From Eledone cirrhosa (taxonomy: Eukaryota), in assembly GCA_964016885.1 (NCBI GenBank), contig OZ024743.1, positions 337,218,001 through 337,282,000 of the forward strand: a stretch of DNA of 64,000 bases. Reading direction: 5' to 3'. Below the pieces are notes generated by a model. The model had not been told where the DNA came from. It saw only the letters and a list, made by a program, of their open reading frames with translations, and did no database searches. Below, piece after piece: positions 27,801 to 41,644 of the stretch (within the stretch, counting starts at the first letter, position 1; the number at the start of each line of letters is the position of its first letter). A program made the translations under genes and the position numbers.

Positions 27801-30800
27801 TGACAGTCTGCCTGTCTAACTGACTCCCAGTCTGTCTATCTATCTGTCCGTTTGTCTGTCTGCCTGTCTAACTGACTCCCAGTCTGTCTATCTATCTGTC
27901 CGTTTGTCTGACAGTCTGCCTGTCTAACTGACCCCCAGTCTGTCTATCTATCTGTCCGTTTGTCTGACAGTCTGCCTGTCTAACTGACTCCCAGTCTGTC
28001 TATCTATCTGTCCGTTTGTCTGTCTGCCTGTCTAACTGACCCCCAGTCTGTCTATCTATCTGTCCGTTTGTCTGTCTGCCTGTCTAACTGACTCCCAGTC
28101 TGTCTATCTATCTGTCCGTTTGTCTGTCTGCCTGTCTAACTGACTCCCAGTCTGTCTATCTATCTGTCCGTTTGTCTGTCTGCCTGTCTAACTGACCCCC
28201 AGTCTGTCTATCTATCTGTCCGTTTGTCTGACAGTCTGCCTGTCTAACTGACTCCCAGTCTGTCTATCTATCTGTCCGTTTGTCTGTCTGCCTGTCTAAC
28301 TGACCCCCAGTCTGTCTATCTATCTGTCCGTTTGTCTGACAGTCTGCCTGTCTAACTGACTCCCAGTCTGTCTATCTATCTGTCCGTTTGTCTGTCTGCC
28401 TGTCTAACTGACCCCCAGTATGTCTATCTATCTGTCCGTTTGTCTGACAGTCTGCCTGTCTAACTGACTCCCAGTCTGTCTATCTATCTGTCCGTTTGTC
28501 TGACAGTCTGCCTGTCTAACTGACTCCCAGTCTGTCTATCTATCTGTCCGTTTGTCTGACAGTCTGCCTGTCTAACTGACTCCCAGTCTGTCTATCTATC
28601 TGTCCGTTTGTCTGTCTGCCTGTCTAACTGACCCCCAGTATGTCTATCTATCTGTCCGTTTGTCTGACAGTCTGCCTGTCTAACTGACTCCCAGTCTGTC
28701 TATCTATCTGTCCGTTTGTCTGTCTGCCTGTCTAACTGACTCCCAGTCTGTCTATCTATCTGTCCGTTTGTCTGACAGTCTGCCTGTCTAACTGACTCCC
28801 AGTCTGTCTATCTATCTGTCCGTTTGTCTGTCTGCCTGTCTAACTGACTCCCAGTCTGTCTATCTATCTGTCCGTTTGTCTGACAGTCTGCCTGTCTAAC
28901 TGACTCCCAGTCTGTCTATCTATCTGTCCGTTTGTCTGTCTGCCTGTCTAACTGACCCCCAGTCTGTCTATCTATCTGTCCGTTTGTCTGTCTGCCTGTC
29001 TAACTGACTCCCAGTCTGTCTATCTATCTGTCCGTTTGTCTGTCTGCCTGTCTAACTGACCCCCAGTCTGTCTATCTATCTGTCCGTTTGTCTGACAGTC
29101 TGCCTGTCTAACTGACTCCCAGTCTGTCTATCTATCTGTCCGTTTGTCTGTCTGCCTGTCTAACTGACCCCCAGTCTGTCTATCTATCTGTCCGTTTGTC
29201 TGTCTGCCTGTCTAACTGACTCCCAGTCTGTCTATCTATCTGTCCGTTTGTCTGTCTGCCTGTCTAACTGACTCCCAGTCTGTCTATCTATCTGTCCGTT
29301 TGTCTGTCTGCCTGTCTAACTGACCCCCAGTCTGTCTATCTATCTGTCCGTTTGTCTGTCTGCCTGTCTAACTGACCCCCAGTCTGTCTATCTATCTGTC
29401 CGTTTGTCTGTCTGCCTGTCTAACTGACCCCCAGTCTGTCTATCTATCTGTCCGTTTGTCTGTCTGCCTGTCTAACTGACCCCCAGTCTGTCTATCTATC
29501 TGTCCGTTTGTCTGTCTGCCTGTCTAACTGACCCCCAGTCTGTCTATCTATCTGTCCGTTTGTCTGTCTGCCTGTCTAACTGACTCCCAGTATGTCTATC
29601 TATCTGTCCGTTTGTCTGTCTGCCTGTCTAACTGACTCCCAGTCTGTCTATCTATCTGTCCGTTTGTCTGTCTGCCTGTCTAACTGACCCCCAGTCTGTC
29701 TATCTATCTGTCCGTTTGTCTGTCTGCCTGTCTAACTGACTCCCAGTCTGTCTATCTATCTGTCCGTTTGTCTGTCTGCCTGTCTAACTGACCCCCAGTC
29801 TGTCTATCTATCTGTCCGTTTGTCTGTCTGCCTGTCTAACTGACCCCCAGTCTGTCTATCTATCTGTCCGTTTGTCTGTCTGCCTGTCTAACTGACCCCC
29901 AGTCTGTCTATCTATCTGTCCGTTTGTCTGTCTGCCTGTCTAACTGACCCCCAGTCTGTCTATCTATCTGTCCGTTTGTCTGTCTGCCTGTCTAACTGAC
30001 TCCCAGTATGTCTATCTATCTGTCCGTTTGTCTGTCTGCCTGTCTAACTGACTCCCAGTCTGTCTATCTATCTGTCCGTTTGTCTGTCTGCCTGTCTAAC
30101 TGACCCCCAGTCTGTCTATCTATCTGTCCGTTTGTCTGTCTGCCTGTCTAACTGACTCCCAGTCTGTCTATCTATCTGTCCGTTTGTCTGTCTGCCTGTC
30201 TAACTGACCCCCAGTCTGTCTATCTATCTGTCCGTTTGTCTGTCTGCCTGTCTAACTGACCCCCAGTCTGTCTATCTATCTGTCCGTTTGTCTGACAGTC
30301 TGCCTGTCTAACTGACTCCCAGTCTGTCTATCTATCTGTCCGTTTGTCTGTCTGCCTGTCTAACTGACCCCCAGTCTGTCTATCTATCTGTCCGTTTGTC
30401 TGTCTGCCTGTCTAACTGACCCCCAGTCTGTCTATCTATCTGTCCGTTTGTCTGACAGTCTGCCTGTCTAACTGACTCCCAGTCTGTCTATCTATCTGTC
30501 CGTTTGTCTGTCTGCCTGTCTAACTGACTCCCAGTCTGTCTATCTATCTGTCCGTTTGTCTGTCTGCCTGTCTAACTGACCCCCAGTCTGTCTATCTATC
30601 TGTCCGTTTGTCTGTCTGCCTGTCTAACTGACCCCCAGTCTGTCTATCTATCTGTCCGTTTGTCTGTCTGCCTGTCTAACTGACTCCCAGTCTGTCTATC
30701 TATCTGTCCGTTTGTCTGTCTGCCTGTCTAACTGACTCCCAGTCTGTCTATCTATCTGTCCGTTTGTCTGTCTGCCTGTCTAACTGACCCCCAGTCTGTC

Positions 30801-33800
30801 TATCTATCTGTCCGTTTGTCTGTCTGCCTGTCTAACTGACCCCCAGTCTGTCTATCTATCTGTCCGTTTGTCTGACAGTCTGCCTGTCTAGCTGACTCCC
30901 AGTATGTCTATCTATCTGTCCGTTTGTCTGACAGTCTGCCTGTCTAACTGACCCCCAGTCTGTCTATCTATCTGTCCGTTTGTCTGACAGTCTGCCTGTC
31001 TAACTGACTCCCAGTATGTCTATCTATCTGTCCGTTTGTCTGTCTGCCTGTCTAACTGACCCCCAGTCTGTCTATCTATCTGTCCGTTTGTCTGTCTGCC
31101 TGTCTAACTGACCCCCAGTCTGTCTATCTATCTGTCCGTTTGTCTGTCTGCCTGTCTAACTGACTCCCAGTCTGTCTATCTATCTGTCCGTTTGTCTGTC
31201 TGCCTGTCTAACTGACCCCCAGTCTGTCTATCTATCTGTCCGTTTGTCTGTCTGCCTGTCTAACTGACCCCCAGTCTGTCTATCTATCTGTCCGTTTGTC
31301 TGACAGTCTGCCTGTCTAACTGACTCCCAGTCTGTCTATCTATCTGTCCGTTTGTCTGTCTGCCTGTCTAACTGACCCCCAGTCTGTCTATCTATCTGTC
31401 CGTTTGTCTGACAGTCTGCCTGTCTAACTGACCCCCAGTCTGTCTATCTATCTGTCCGTTTGTCTGACAGTCTGCCTGTCTAACTGACTCCCAGTCTGTC
31501 TATCTATCTGTCCGTTTGTCTGTCTGCCTGTCTAACTGACTCCCAGTCTGTCTATCTATCTGTCCGTTTGTCTGTCTGCCTGTCTAACTGACCCCCAGTC
31601 TGTCTATCTATCTGTCCGTTTGTCTGTCTGCCTGTCTAACTGACTCCCAGTCTGTCTATCTATCTGTCCGTTTGTCTGTCTGCCTGTCTAACTGACTCCC
31701 AGTCTGTCTATCTATCTGTCCGTTTGTCTGTCTGCCTGTCTAACTGACCCCCAGTCTGTCTATCTATCTGTCCGTTTGTCTGTCTGCCTGTCTAACTGAC
31801 CCCCAGTCTGTCTATCTATCTGTCCGTTTGTCTGACAGTCTGCCTGTCTAACTGACTCCCAGTATGTCTATCTATCTGTCCGTTTGTCTGACAGTCTGCC
31901 TGTCTAACTGACTCCCAGTATGTCTATCTATCTGTCCGTTTGTCTGTCTGCCTGTCTAACTGACCCCCAGTCTGTCTATCTATCTGTCCGTTTGTCTGTC
32001 TGCCTGTCTAACTGACCCCCAGTCTGTCTATCTATCTGTCCGTTTGTCTGACAGTCTGCCTGTCTAACTGACTCCCAGTCTGTCTATCTATCTGTCCGTT
32101 TGTCTGACAGTCTGCCTGTCTAACTGACTCCCAGTATGTCTATCTATCTGTCCGTTTGTCTGTCTGCCTGTCTAACTGACCCCCAGTCTGTCTATCTATC
32201 TGTCCGTTTGTCTGTCTGCCTGTCTAACTGACCCCCAGTCTGTCTATCTATCTGTCCGTTTGTCTGTCTGCCTGTCTAACTGACTCCCAGTCTGTCTATC
32301 TATCTGTCCGTTTGTCTGTCTGCCTGTCTAACTGACCCCCAGTCTGTCTATCTATCTGTCCGTTTGTCTGTCTGCCTGTCTAACTGACCCCCAGTCTGTC
32401 TATCTATCTGTCCGTTTGTCTGACAGTCTGCCTGTCTAACTGACTCCCAGTCTGTCTATCTATCTGTCCGTTTGTCTGTCTGCCTGTCTAACTGACCCCC
32501 AGTCTGTCTATCTATCTGTCCGTTTGTCTGACAGTCTGCCTGTCTAACTGACCCCCAGTCTGTCTATCTATCTGTCCGTTTGTCTGACAGTCTGCCTGTC
32601 TAACTGACTCCCAGTCTGTCTATCTATCTGTCCGTTTGTCTGTCTGCCTGTCTAACTGACTCCCAGTCTGTCTATCTATCTGTCCGTTTGTCTGTCTGCC
32701 TGTCTAACTGACCCCCAGTCTGTCTATCTATCTGTCCGTTTGTCTGTCTGCCTGTCTAACTGACCCCCAGTCTGTCTATCTATCTGTCCGTTTGTCTGTC
32801 TGCCTGTCTAACTGACCCCCAGTCTGTCTATCTATCTGTCCGTTTGTCTGACAGTCTGCCTGTCTAACTGACTCCCAGTCTGTCTATCTATCTGTCCGTT
32901 TGTCTGTCTGCCTGTCTAACTGACTCCCAGTCTGTCTATCTATCTGTCCGTTTGTCTGTCTGCCTGTCTAACTGACCCCCAGTCTGTCTATCTATCTGTC
33001 CGTTTGTCTGACAGTCTGCCTGTCTAACTGACTCCCAGTCTGTCTATCTATCTGTCCGTTTGTCTGTCTGCCTGTCTAACTGACTCCCAGTCTGTCTATC
33101 TATCTGTCCGTTTGTCTGTCTGCCTGTCTAACTGACCCCCAGTCTGTCTATCTATCTGTCCGTTTGTCTGTCTGCCTGTCTAACTGACCCCCAGTCTGTC
33201 TATCTATCTGTCCGTTTGTCTGACAGTCTGCCTGTCTAACTGACTCCCAGTCTGTCTATCTATCTGTCCGTTTGTCTGTCTGCCTGTCTAACTGACCCCC
33301 AGTCTGTCTATCTATCTGTCCGTTTGTCTGACAGTCTGCCTGTCTAACTGACCCCCAGTCTGTCTATCTATCTGTCCGTTTGTCTGACAGTCTGCCTGTC
33401 TAACTGACTCCCAGTCTGTCTATCTATCTGTCCGTTTGTCTGTCTGCCTGTCTAACTGACTCCCAGTCTGTCTATCTATCTGTCCGTTTGTCTGTCTGCC
33501 TGTCTAACTGACCCCCAGTCTGTCTATCTATCTGTCCGTTTGTCTGTCTGCCTGTCTAACTGACCCCCAGTCTGTCTATCTATCTGTCCGTTTGTCTGAC
33601 AGTCTGCCTGTCTAACTGACTCCCAGTCTGTCTATCTATCTGTCCGTTTGTCTGTCTGCCTGTCTAACTGACTCCCAGTATGTCTATCTATCTGTCCGTT
33701 TGTCTGTCTGCCTGTCTAACTGACCCCCAGTCTGTCTATCTATCTGTCCGTTTGTCTGTCTGCCTGTCTAACTGACCCCCAGTCTGTCTATCTATCTGTC

Positions 33801-36800
33801 CGTTTGTCTGACAGTCTGCCTGTCTAACTGACTCCCAGTATGTCTATCTATCTGTCCGTTTGTCTGTCTGCCTGTCTAACTGACTCCCAGTATGTCTATC
33901 TGTCTGTCCGTTTGTCTGACAGTCTGCCTGTCTAACTGACCCCCAGTCTGTCTATCTATCTGTCCGTTTGTCTGACAGTCTGCCTGTCTAACTGACCCCC
34001 AGTCTGTCTATCTATCTGTCCGTTTGTCTGACAGTCTGCCTGTCTAACTGACCCCCAGTCTGTCTATCTATCTGTCCGTTTGTCTGTCTGCCTGTCTAAC
34101 TGACTCCCAGTATGTCTATCTATCTGTCCGTTTGTCTGACAGTCTGCCTGTCTAACTGACTCCCAGTATGTCTATCTATCTGTCCGTTTGTCTGTCTGCC
34201 TGTCTAACTGACCCCCAGTATGTCTATCTATCTGTCCGTTTGTCTGTCTGCCTGTCTAACTGACTCCCAGTATGTCTATCTATCTGTCCGTTTGTCTGAC
34301 AGTCTGCCTGTCTAACTGACTCCCAGTATGTCTATCTATCTGTCCGTTTGTCTGTCTGCCTGTCTAACTGACCCCCAGTATGTCTATCTATCTGTCCGTT
34401 TGTCTGTCTGCCTGTCTAACTGACTCCCAGTATGTCTATCTATCTGTCCGTTTGTCTGTCTGCCTGTCTAACTGACTCCCAGTATGTCTATCTATCTGTC
34501 CGTTTGTCTGTCTGCCTGTCTAACTGACCCCCAGTATGTCTATCTATCTGTCCGTTTGTCTGTCTGCCTGTCTAACTGACTCCCAGTATGTCTATCTATC
34601 TGTCCGTTTGTCTGACAGTCTGCCTGTCTAACTGACTCCCAGTATGTCTATCTATCTGTCCGTTTGTCTGTCTGCCTGTCTAACTGACCCCCAGTATGTC
34701 TATCTATCTGTCCGTTTGTCTGTCTGCCTGTCTAACTGACTCCCAGTATGTCTATCTGTCTGTCCGTTTGTCTGACAGTCTGCCTGTCTAACTGACCCCC
34801 AGTCTGTCTATCTATCTGTCCGTTTGTCTGACAGTCTGCCTGTCTAACTGACCCCCAGTCTGTCTATCTATCTGTCCGTTTGTCTGACAGTCTGCCTGTC
34901 TAACTGACCCCCAGTCTGTCTATCTATCTGTCCGTTTGTCTGTCTGCCTGTCTAACTGACTCCCAGTATGTCTATCTATCTGTCCGTTTGTCTGACAGTC
35001 TGCCTGTCTAACTGACCCCCAGTCTGTCTATCTATCTGTCCGTTTGTCTGACAGTCTGCCTGTCTAACTGACCCCCAGTCTGTCTATCTATCTGTCCGTT
35101 TGTCTGACAGTCTGCCTGTCTAACTGACCCCCAGTCTGTCTATCTATCTGTCCGTTTGTCTGACAGTCTGCCTGTCTAACTGACTCCCAGTATGTCTATC
35201 TATCTGTCCGTTTGTCTGTCTGCCTGTCTAACTGACCCCCAGTATGTCTATCTATCTGTCCGTTTGTCTGTCTGCCTGTCTAACTGACTCCCAGTATGTC
35301 TATCTATCTGTCCGTTTGTCTGACAGTCTGCCTGTCTAACTGACTCCCAGTCTGTCTATCTATCTGTCCGTTTGTCTGTCTGCCTGTCTAACTGACCCCC
35401 AGTCTGTCTATCTATCTGTCCGTTTGTCTGACAGTCTGCCTGTCTAACTGACCCCCAGTCTGTCTATCTATCTGTCCGTTTGTCTGACAGTCTGCCTGTC
35501 TAACTGACCCCCAGTCTGTCTATCTATCTGTCCGTTTGTCTGACAGTCTGCCTGTCTAACTGACCCACAGTCTGTCTATCTATCTGTCCGTTTGTCTGAC
35601 AGTCTGCCTGTCTAACTGACTCCCAGTCTGTCTATCTATCTGTCCGTTTGTCTGTCTGCCTGTCTAACTGACCCCCAGTCTGTCTATCTATCTGTCCGTT
35701 TGTCTGACAGTCTGTCTGTCTAACTGACCCCCAGTCTGTCTATCTATCTGTCCGTTTGTCTGACAGTCTGCCTGTCTAACTGACCCCCAGTCTGTCTATC
35801 TATCTGTCCGTTTGTCTGACAGTCTGCCTGTCTAACTGACTCCCAGTCTGTCTATCTATCTGTCCGTTTGTCTGTCTGCCTGTCTAACTGACCCCCAGTC
35901 TGTCTATCTATCTGTCCGTTTGTCTGACAGTCTGCCTGTCTAACTGACCCCCAGTCTGTCTATCTATCTGTCCGTTTGTCTGACAGTCTGCCTGTCTAAC
36001 TGACCCCCAGTCTGTCTATCTATCTGTCCGTTTGTCTGACAGTCTGCCTGTCTAACTGACTCCCAGTCTGTCTATCTATCTGTCCGTTTGTCTGTCTGCC
36101 TGTCTAACTGACCCCCAGTCTGTCTATCTATCTGTCCGTTTGTCTGTCTGCCTGTCTAACTGACCCCCAGTCTGTCTATCTATCTGTCCGTTTGTCTGTC
36201 TGCCTGTCTAACTGACCCCCAGTCTGTCTATCTATCTGTCCGTTTGTCTGTCTGCCTGTCTAACTGACCCCCAGTCTGTCTATCTATCTGTCCGTTTGTC
36301 TGTCTGCCTGTCTAACTGACCCCCAGTCTGTCTATCTATCTGTCCGTTTGTCTGACAGTCTGCCTATCTAACTGACCCCCAGTCTGTCTATCTATCTGTC
36401 CGTTTGTCTGACAGTCTGCCTGTCTAACTGACTCCCAGTCTGTCTATCTATCTGTCCGTTTGTCTGTCTGCCTGTCTAACTGACTCCCAGTCTGTCTATC
36501 TATCTGTCCGTTTGTCTGACAGTCTGCCTGTCTAACTGACTCCCAGTCTGTCTATCTATCTGTCCGTTTGTCTGTCTGCCTGTCTAACTGACCCCCAGTC
36601 TGTCTATCTATCTGTCCGTTTGTCTGACAGTCTGCCTGTCTAACTGACCCCCAGTCTGTCTATCTATCTGTCCGTTTGTCTGACAGTCTGCCTGTCTAAC
36701 TGACTCCCAGTCTGTCTATCTATCTGTCCGTTTGTCTGACAGTCTGCCTGTCTAACTGACTCCCAGTCTGTCTATCTATCTGTCCGTTTGTCTGACAGTC

Positions 36801-39800
36801 TGCCTGTCTAACTGACTCCCAGTCTGTCTATCTATCTGTCCGTTTGTCTGACAGTCTGCCTGTCTAACTGACCCCCAGTCTGTCTATCTATCTGTCCGTT
36901 TGTCTGACAGTCTGCCTGTCTAACTGACCCCCAGTCTGTCTATCTATCTGTCCGTTTGTCTGACAGTCTGCCTGTCTAACTGACTCCCAGTCTGTCTATC
37001 TATCTGTCCGTTTGTCTGACAGTCTGCCTGTCTAACTGACTCCCAGTCTGTCTATCTATCTGTCCGTTTGTCTGACAGTCTGCCTGTCTAACTGACCCCC
37101 AGTCTGTCTATCTATCTGTCCGTTTGTCTGACAGTCTGCCTGTCTAACTGACTCCCAGTCTGTCTATCTATCTGTCCGTTTGTCTGACAGTCTGCCTGTC
37201 TAACTGACCCCCAGTCTGTCTATCTATCTGTCCGTTTGTCTGACAGTCTGCCTGTCTAACTGACCCCCAGTCTGTCTATCTATCTGTCCGTTTGTCTGAC
37301 AGTCTGCCTGTCTAACTGACTCCCAGTCTGTCTATCTATCTGTCCGTTTGTCTGACAGTCTGCCTGTCTAACTGACTCCCAGTCTGTCTATCTATCTGTC
37401 CGTTTGTCTGACAGTCTGCCTGTCTAACTGACCCCCAATCTGTCTATCTATCTGTCCGTTTGTCTGACAGTCTGCCTGTCTAACTGACTCCCAGTCTGTC
37501 TATCTATCTGTCCGTTTGTCTGACAGTCTGCCTGTCTAACTGACCCCCAGTCTGTCTATCTATCTGTCCGTTTGTCTGACAGTCTGCCTGTCTAACTGAC
37601 CCCCAGTCTGTCTATCTATCTGTCCGTTTGTCTGACAGTCTGCCTGTCTAACTGACCCCCAGTCTGTCTATCTATCTGTCCGTTTGTCTGACAGTCTGCC
37701 TGTCTAACTGACTCCCAGTCTGTCTATCTATCTGTCCGTTTGTCTGACAGTCTGCCTGTCTAACTGACTCCCAGTCTGTCTATCTATCTGTCCGTTTGTC
37801 TGACAGTCTGCCTGTCTAACTGACCCCCAGTCTGTCTATCTATCTGTCCGTTTGTCTGACAGTCTGCCTGTCTAACTGACTCCCAGTCTGTCTATCTATC
37901 TGTCCGTTTGTCTGACAGTCTGCCTGTCTAACTGACCCCCAGTCTGTCTATCTATCTGTCCGTTTGTCTGACAGTCTGCCTGTCTAACTGACCCCCAGTC
38001 TGTCTATCTATCTGTCCGTTTGTCTGACAGTCTGCCTGTCTAACTGACTCCCAGTCTGTCTATCTATCTGTCCGTTTGTCTGACAGTCTGCCTGTCTAAC
38101 TGACTCCCAGTCTGTCTATCTATCTGTCCGTTTGTCTGACAGTCTGCCTGTCTAACTGACCCCCAGTCTGTCTATCTATCTGTCCGTTTGTCTGACAGTC
38201 TGCCTGTCTAACTGACCCCCAGTCTGTCTATCTATCTGTCCGTTTGTCTGACAGTCTGCCTGTCTAACTGACTCCCAGTCTGTCTATCTATCTGTCCGTT
38301 TGTCTGTCTGCCTGTCTAACTGACCCCCAGTCTGTCTATCTATCTGTCCGTTTGTCTGTCTGCCTGTCTAACTGACCCCCAGTCTGTCTATCTATCTGTC
38401 CGTTTGTCTGACAGTCTGCCTGTCTAACTGACCCCCAGTCTGTCTATCTATCTGTCCGTTTGTCTGACAGTCTGCCTGTCTAACTGACTCCCAGTCTGTC
38501 TATCTATCTGTCCGTTTGTCTGTCTGCCTGTCTAACTGACTCCCAGTCTGTCTATCTATCTGTCCGTTTGTCTGACAGTCTGCCTGTCTAACTGACTCCC
38601 AGTCTGTCTATCTATCTGTCCGTTTGTCTGTCTGCCTGTCTAACTGACCCCCAGTCTGTCTATCTATCTGTCCGTTTGTCTGTCTGCCTGTCTAACTGAC
38701 CCCCAGTCTGTCTATCTATCTGTCCGTTTGTCTGTCTGCCTGTCTAACTGACCCCCAGTCTGTCTATCTATCTGTCCGTTTGTCTGTCTGCCTGTCTAAC
38801 TGACCCCCAGTCTGTCTATCTATCTGTCCGTTTGTCTGTCTGCCTGTCTAACTGACCCCCAGTCTGTCTATCTATCTGTCCGTTTGTCTGTCTGCCTGTC
38901 TAACTGACCCCCAGTATGTCTATCTATCTGTCCGTTTGTCTGTCTGCCTGTCTAACTGACCCCCAGTCTGTCTATCTATCTGTCCGTTTGTCTGACAGTC
39001 TGCCTGTCTAACTGACTCCCAGTCTGTCTATCTATCTGTCCGTTTGTCTGTCTGCCTGTCTAACTGACCCCCAGTCTGTCTATCTATCTGTCCGTTTGTC
39101 TGACAGTCTGCCTGTCTAACTGACTCCCAGTATGTCTATCTATCTGTCCGTTTGTCTGTCTGCCTGTCTAACTGACCCCCAGTCTGTCTATCTATCTGTC
39201 CGTTTGTCTGACAGTCTGCCTGTCTAACTGACTCCCAGTCTGTCTATCTATCTGTCCGTTTGTCTGTCTGCCTGTCTAACTGACCCCCAGTCTGTCTATC
39301 TATCTGTCCGTTTGTCTGTCTGCCTGTCTAACTGACCCCCAGTCTGTCTATCTATCTGTCCGTTTGTCTGACAGTCTGCCTGTCTAACTGACCCCCAGTC
39401 TGTCTATCTATCTGTCCGTTTGTCTGACAGTCTGCCTGTCTAACTGACTCCCAGTCTGTCTATCTATCTGTCCGTTTGTCTGTCTGCCTGTCTAACTGAC
39501 CCCCAGTCTGTCTATCTATCTGTCCGTTTGTCTGTCTGCCTGTCTAACTGACTCCCAGTCTGTCTATCTATCTGTCCGTTTGTCTGTCTGCCTGTCTAAC
39601 TGACCCCCAGTATGTCTATCTATCTGTCCGTTTGTCTGACAGTCTGCCTGTCTAACTGACCCCCAGTCTGTCTATCTATCTGTCCGTTTGTCTGTCTGCC
39701 TGTCTAACTGACCCCCAGTCTGTCTATCTATCTGTCCGTTTGTCTGACAGTCTGCCTGTCTAACTGACCCCCAGTCTGTCTATCTATCTGTCCGTTTGTC

Positions 39801-40648
39801 TGTCTGCCTGTCTAACTGACTCCCAGTCTGTCTATCTATCTGTCCGTTTGTCTGACAGTCTGCCTGTCTAACTGACTCCCAGTCTGTCTATCTATCTGTC
39901 CGTTTGTCTGTCTGCCTGTCTAACTGACCCCCAGTCTGTCTATCTATCTGTCCGTTTGTCTGACAGTCTGCCTGTCTAACTGACCCCCAGTCTGTCTATC
40001 TATCTGTCCGTTTGTCTGTCTGCCTGTCTAACTGACTCCCAGTCTGTCTATCTATCTGTCCGTTTGTCTGTCTGCCTGTCTAACTGACCCCCAGTCTGTC
40101 TATCTATCTGTCCGTTTGTCTGTCTGCCTGTCTAACTGACTCCCAGTCTGTCTATCTATCTGTCCGTTTGTCTGTCTGCCTGTCTAACTGATCCCCAGTC
40201 TGTCTATCTATCTGTCCGTTTGTCTGACAGTCTGCCTGTCTAACTGACCCCCAGTCTGTCTATCTATCTGTCCGTTTGTCTGTCTGCCTGTCTAACTGAC
40301 TCCCAGTCTGTCTATCTATCTGTCCGTTTGTCTGACAGTCTGCCTGTCTAACTGACTCCCAGTCTGTCTATCTATCTGTCCGTTTGTCTGTCTGCCTGTC
40401 TAACTGACCCCCAGTCTGTCTATCTATCTGTCCGTTTGTCTGACAGTCTGCCTGTCTAACTGACCCCCAGTCTGTCTATCTATCTGTCCGTTTGTCTGTC
40501 TGCCTGTCTAACTGACCCCCAGTCTGTCTATCTGTCTGTCCGTTTGTCTGACAGTCTGCCTGTCTAACTGACCCCCAGTCTGTCTATCTATCTGTCCGTT
40601 TGTCTGACAGTCTGCCTGTCTAACTGACTCCCAGTATGTCTATCTGTC
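15841..40648. repeat. Satellite array of 52/56-bp monomers (~24.8 kb, roughly 450 units)
   Basis: Monomer ACTGAC(T/C)CCCAGT(C/A)TGTCTATCTATCTGTCCGTTTGTCTG(ACAG)TCTGCCTGTCTA; period checked at 16581 to 16633 = 52. Confidence 0.98.
23083..23282. other. Assembly gap (200 N)
   Basis: Run of N inside the satellite; small indel errors accumulate just upstream. Confidence 0.99.
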
Positions 40649-41460
40649 TTTGATAGTAGACGTCTTTCATATCGGCTCTTCGATTTGGAATTTTTACCTG
40701 GAATATTTGTGAGTGCATTATTTAAATTGTTTTTTATTATTGACTCTAACCCCTAGTCTGGGACTGTAGACGTAGGGTAAATATATTTTCACCCCTTTTG
40801 GGGTGAAAAATATTTAATTCAAAAATGTTTATCGATACCGTTGAAAACGATATCGCCATATTGGAAGCTAACGCCACGCCTACCAAAAAAATAAGCGAGA
40901 AAGAGGGAACAACAATTCAAACTGTTGAACAGCCCCTCCTCTCCAATGAAAAAAAAAAAGAATACTAATTCGAATGAAAACCTAAATTTTGAAGAAGCGG
41001 TCTTCCTCTGTGTAATAGCTATGGTAAAAGAGGTTATATGGTGGACGCGTCTGAAAGGGCTGAGGTCGGACACCTTTCTTTCCGGCCAACAACTGGTCTT
41101 TTTCTTCCGATACCATTTCGGAAGAAGGATTAGGATGGACAGAGAGGTGCTCCACTCCAGCCAGTTTTATGAAAGGTGGGTGAAAGTTGCGAGAATGGCC
41201 CGTGTGAATGGGCCTTCTCTCTATATCAGCCTGTAGGTGGAACAGGAAGAAGGGAGCACCCTCTCTTTGTGCTCCCGTGGAGAAGGGTCGCACACTTTTT
41301 TTCGGGGGTGTGTGTGACCCCAAAACGATCCCTCCCTATTGAGGACCTTCTTGTTACTATTTTGTTTGTTATATTTTTCTTACTCGATGTTTATGTAAAC
41401 TCCCCCCACCCATGTACATGTCCCTTTCTTTTGTGCCCTAGTGGCAAATAAACAGAAATT
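40649..41460 (+). mobile_element. Internally deleted Tx1 copy E (5' ~345 bp joined to 3' ~465 bp)
   Basis: 40649-40996 matches the start of copy F (41469 onward); from ~40998 it matches F 46579-47040; junction ..TTTTGAAGAA|GCGGTCTTCC. Confidence 0.92.
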
Positions 41461-41644
41461 TGTCTGTCTTTGATAGTAGACGTCTTGCACATCGGCTCTT
41501 CGATTTGGAATTTTTACTTGGAATATTTGTGAGTGCATTATTTAAATTGTTTTTTATTATTGACTCTAACCCCTAGTCTGGGACTGTAGACGCAGGGTAA
41601 ATATATTTTCACCCCGTTTGGGGTGAAAAATATTTAATTCAAAA

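Noticed and set aside
15841-40648. CRISPR-like or coding interpretation of the regular array
   Set aside because: No unique spacers, no cas genes, eukaryotic context and no long ORFs; it is a satellite.
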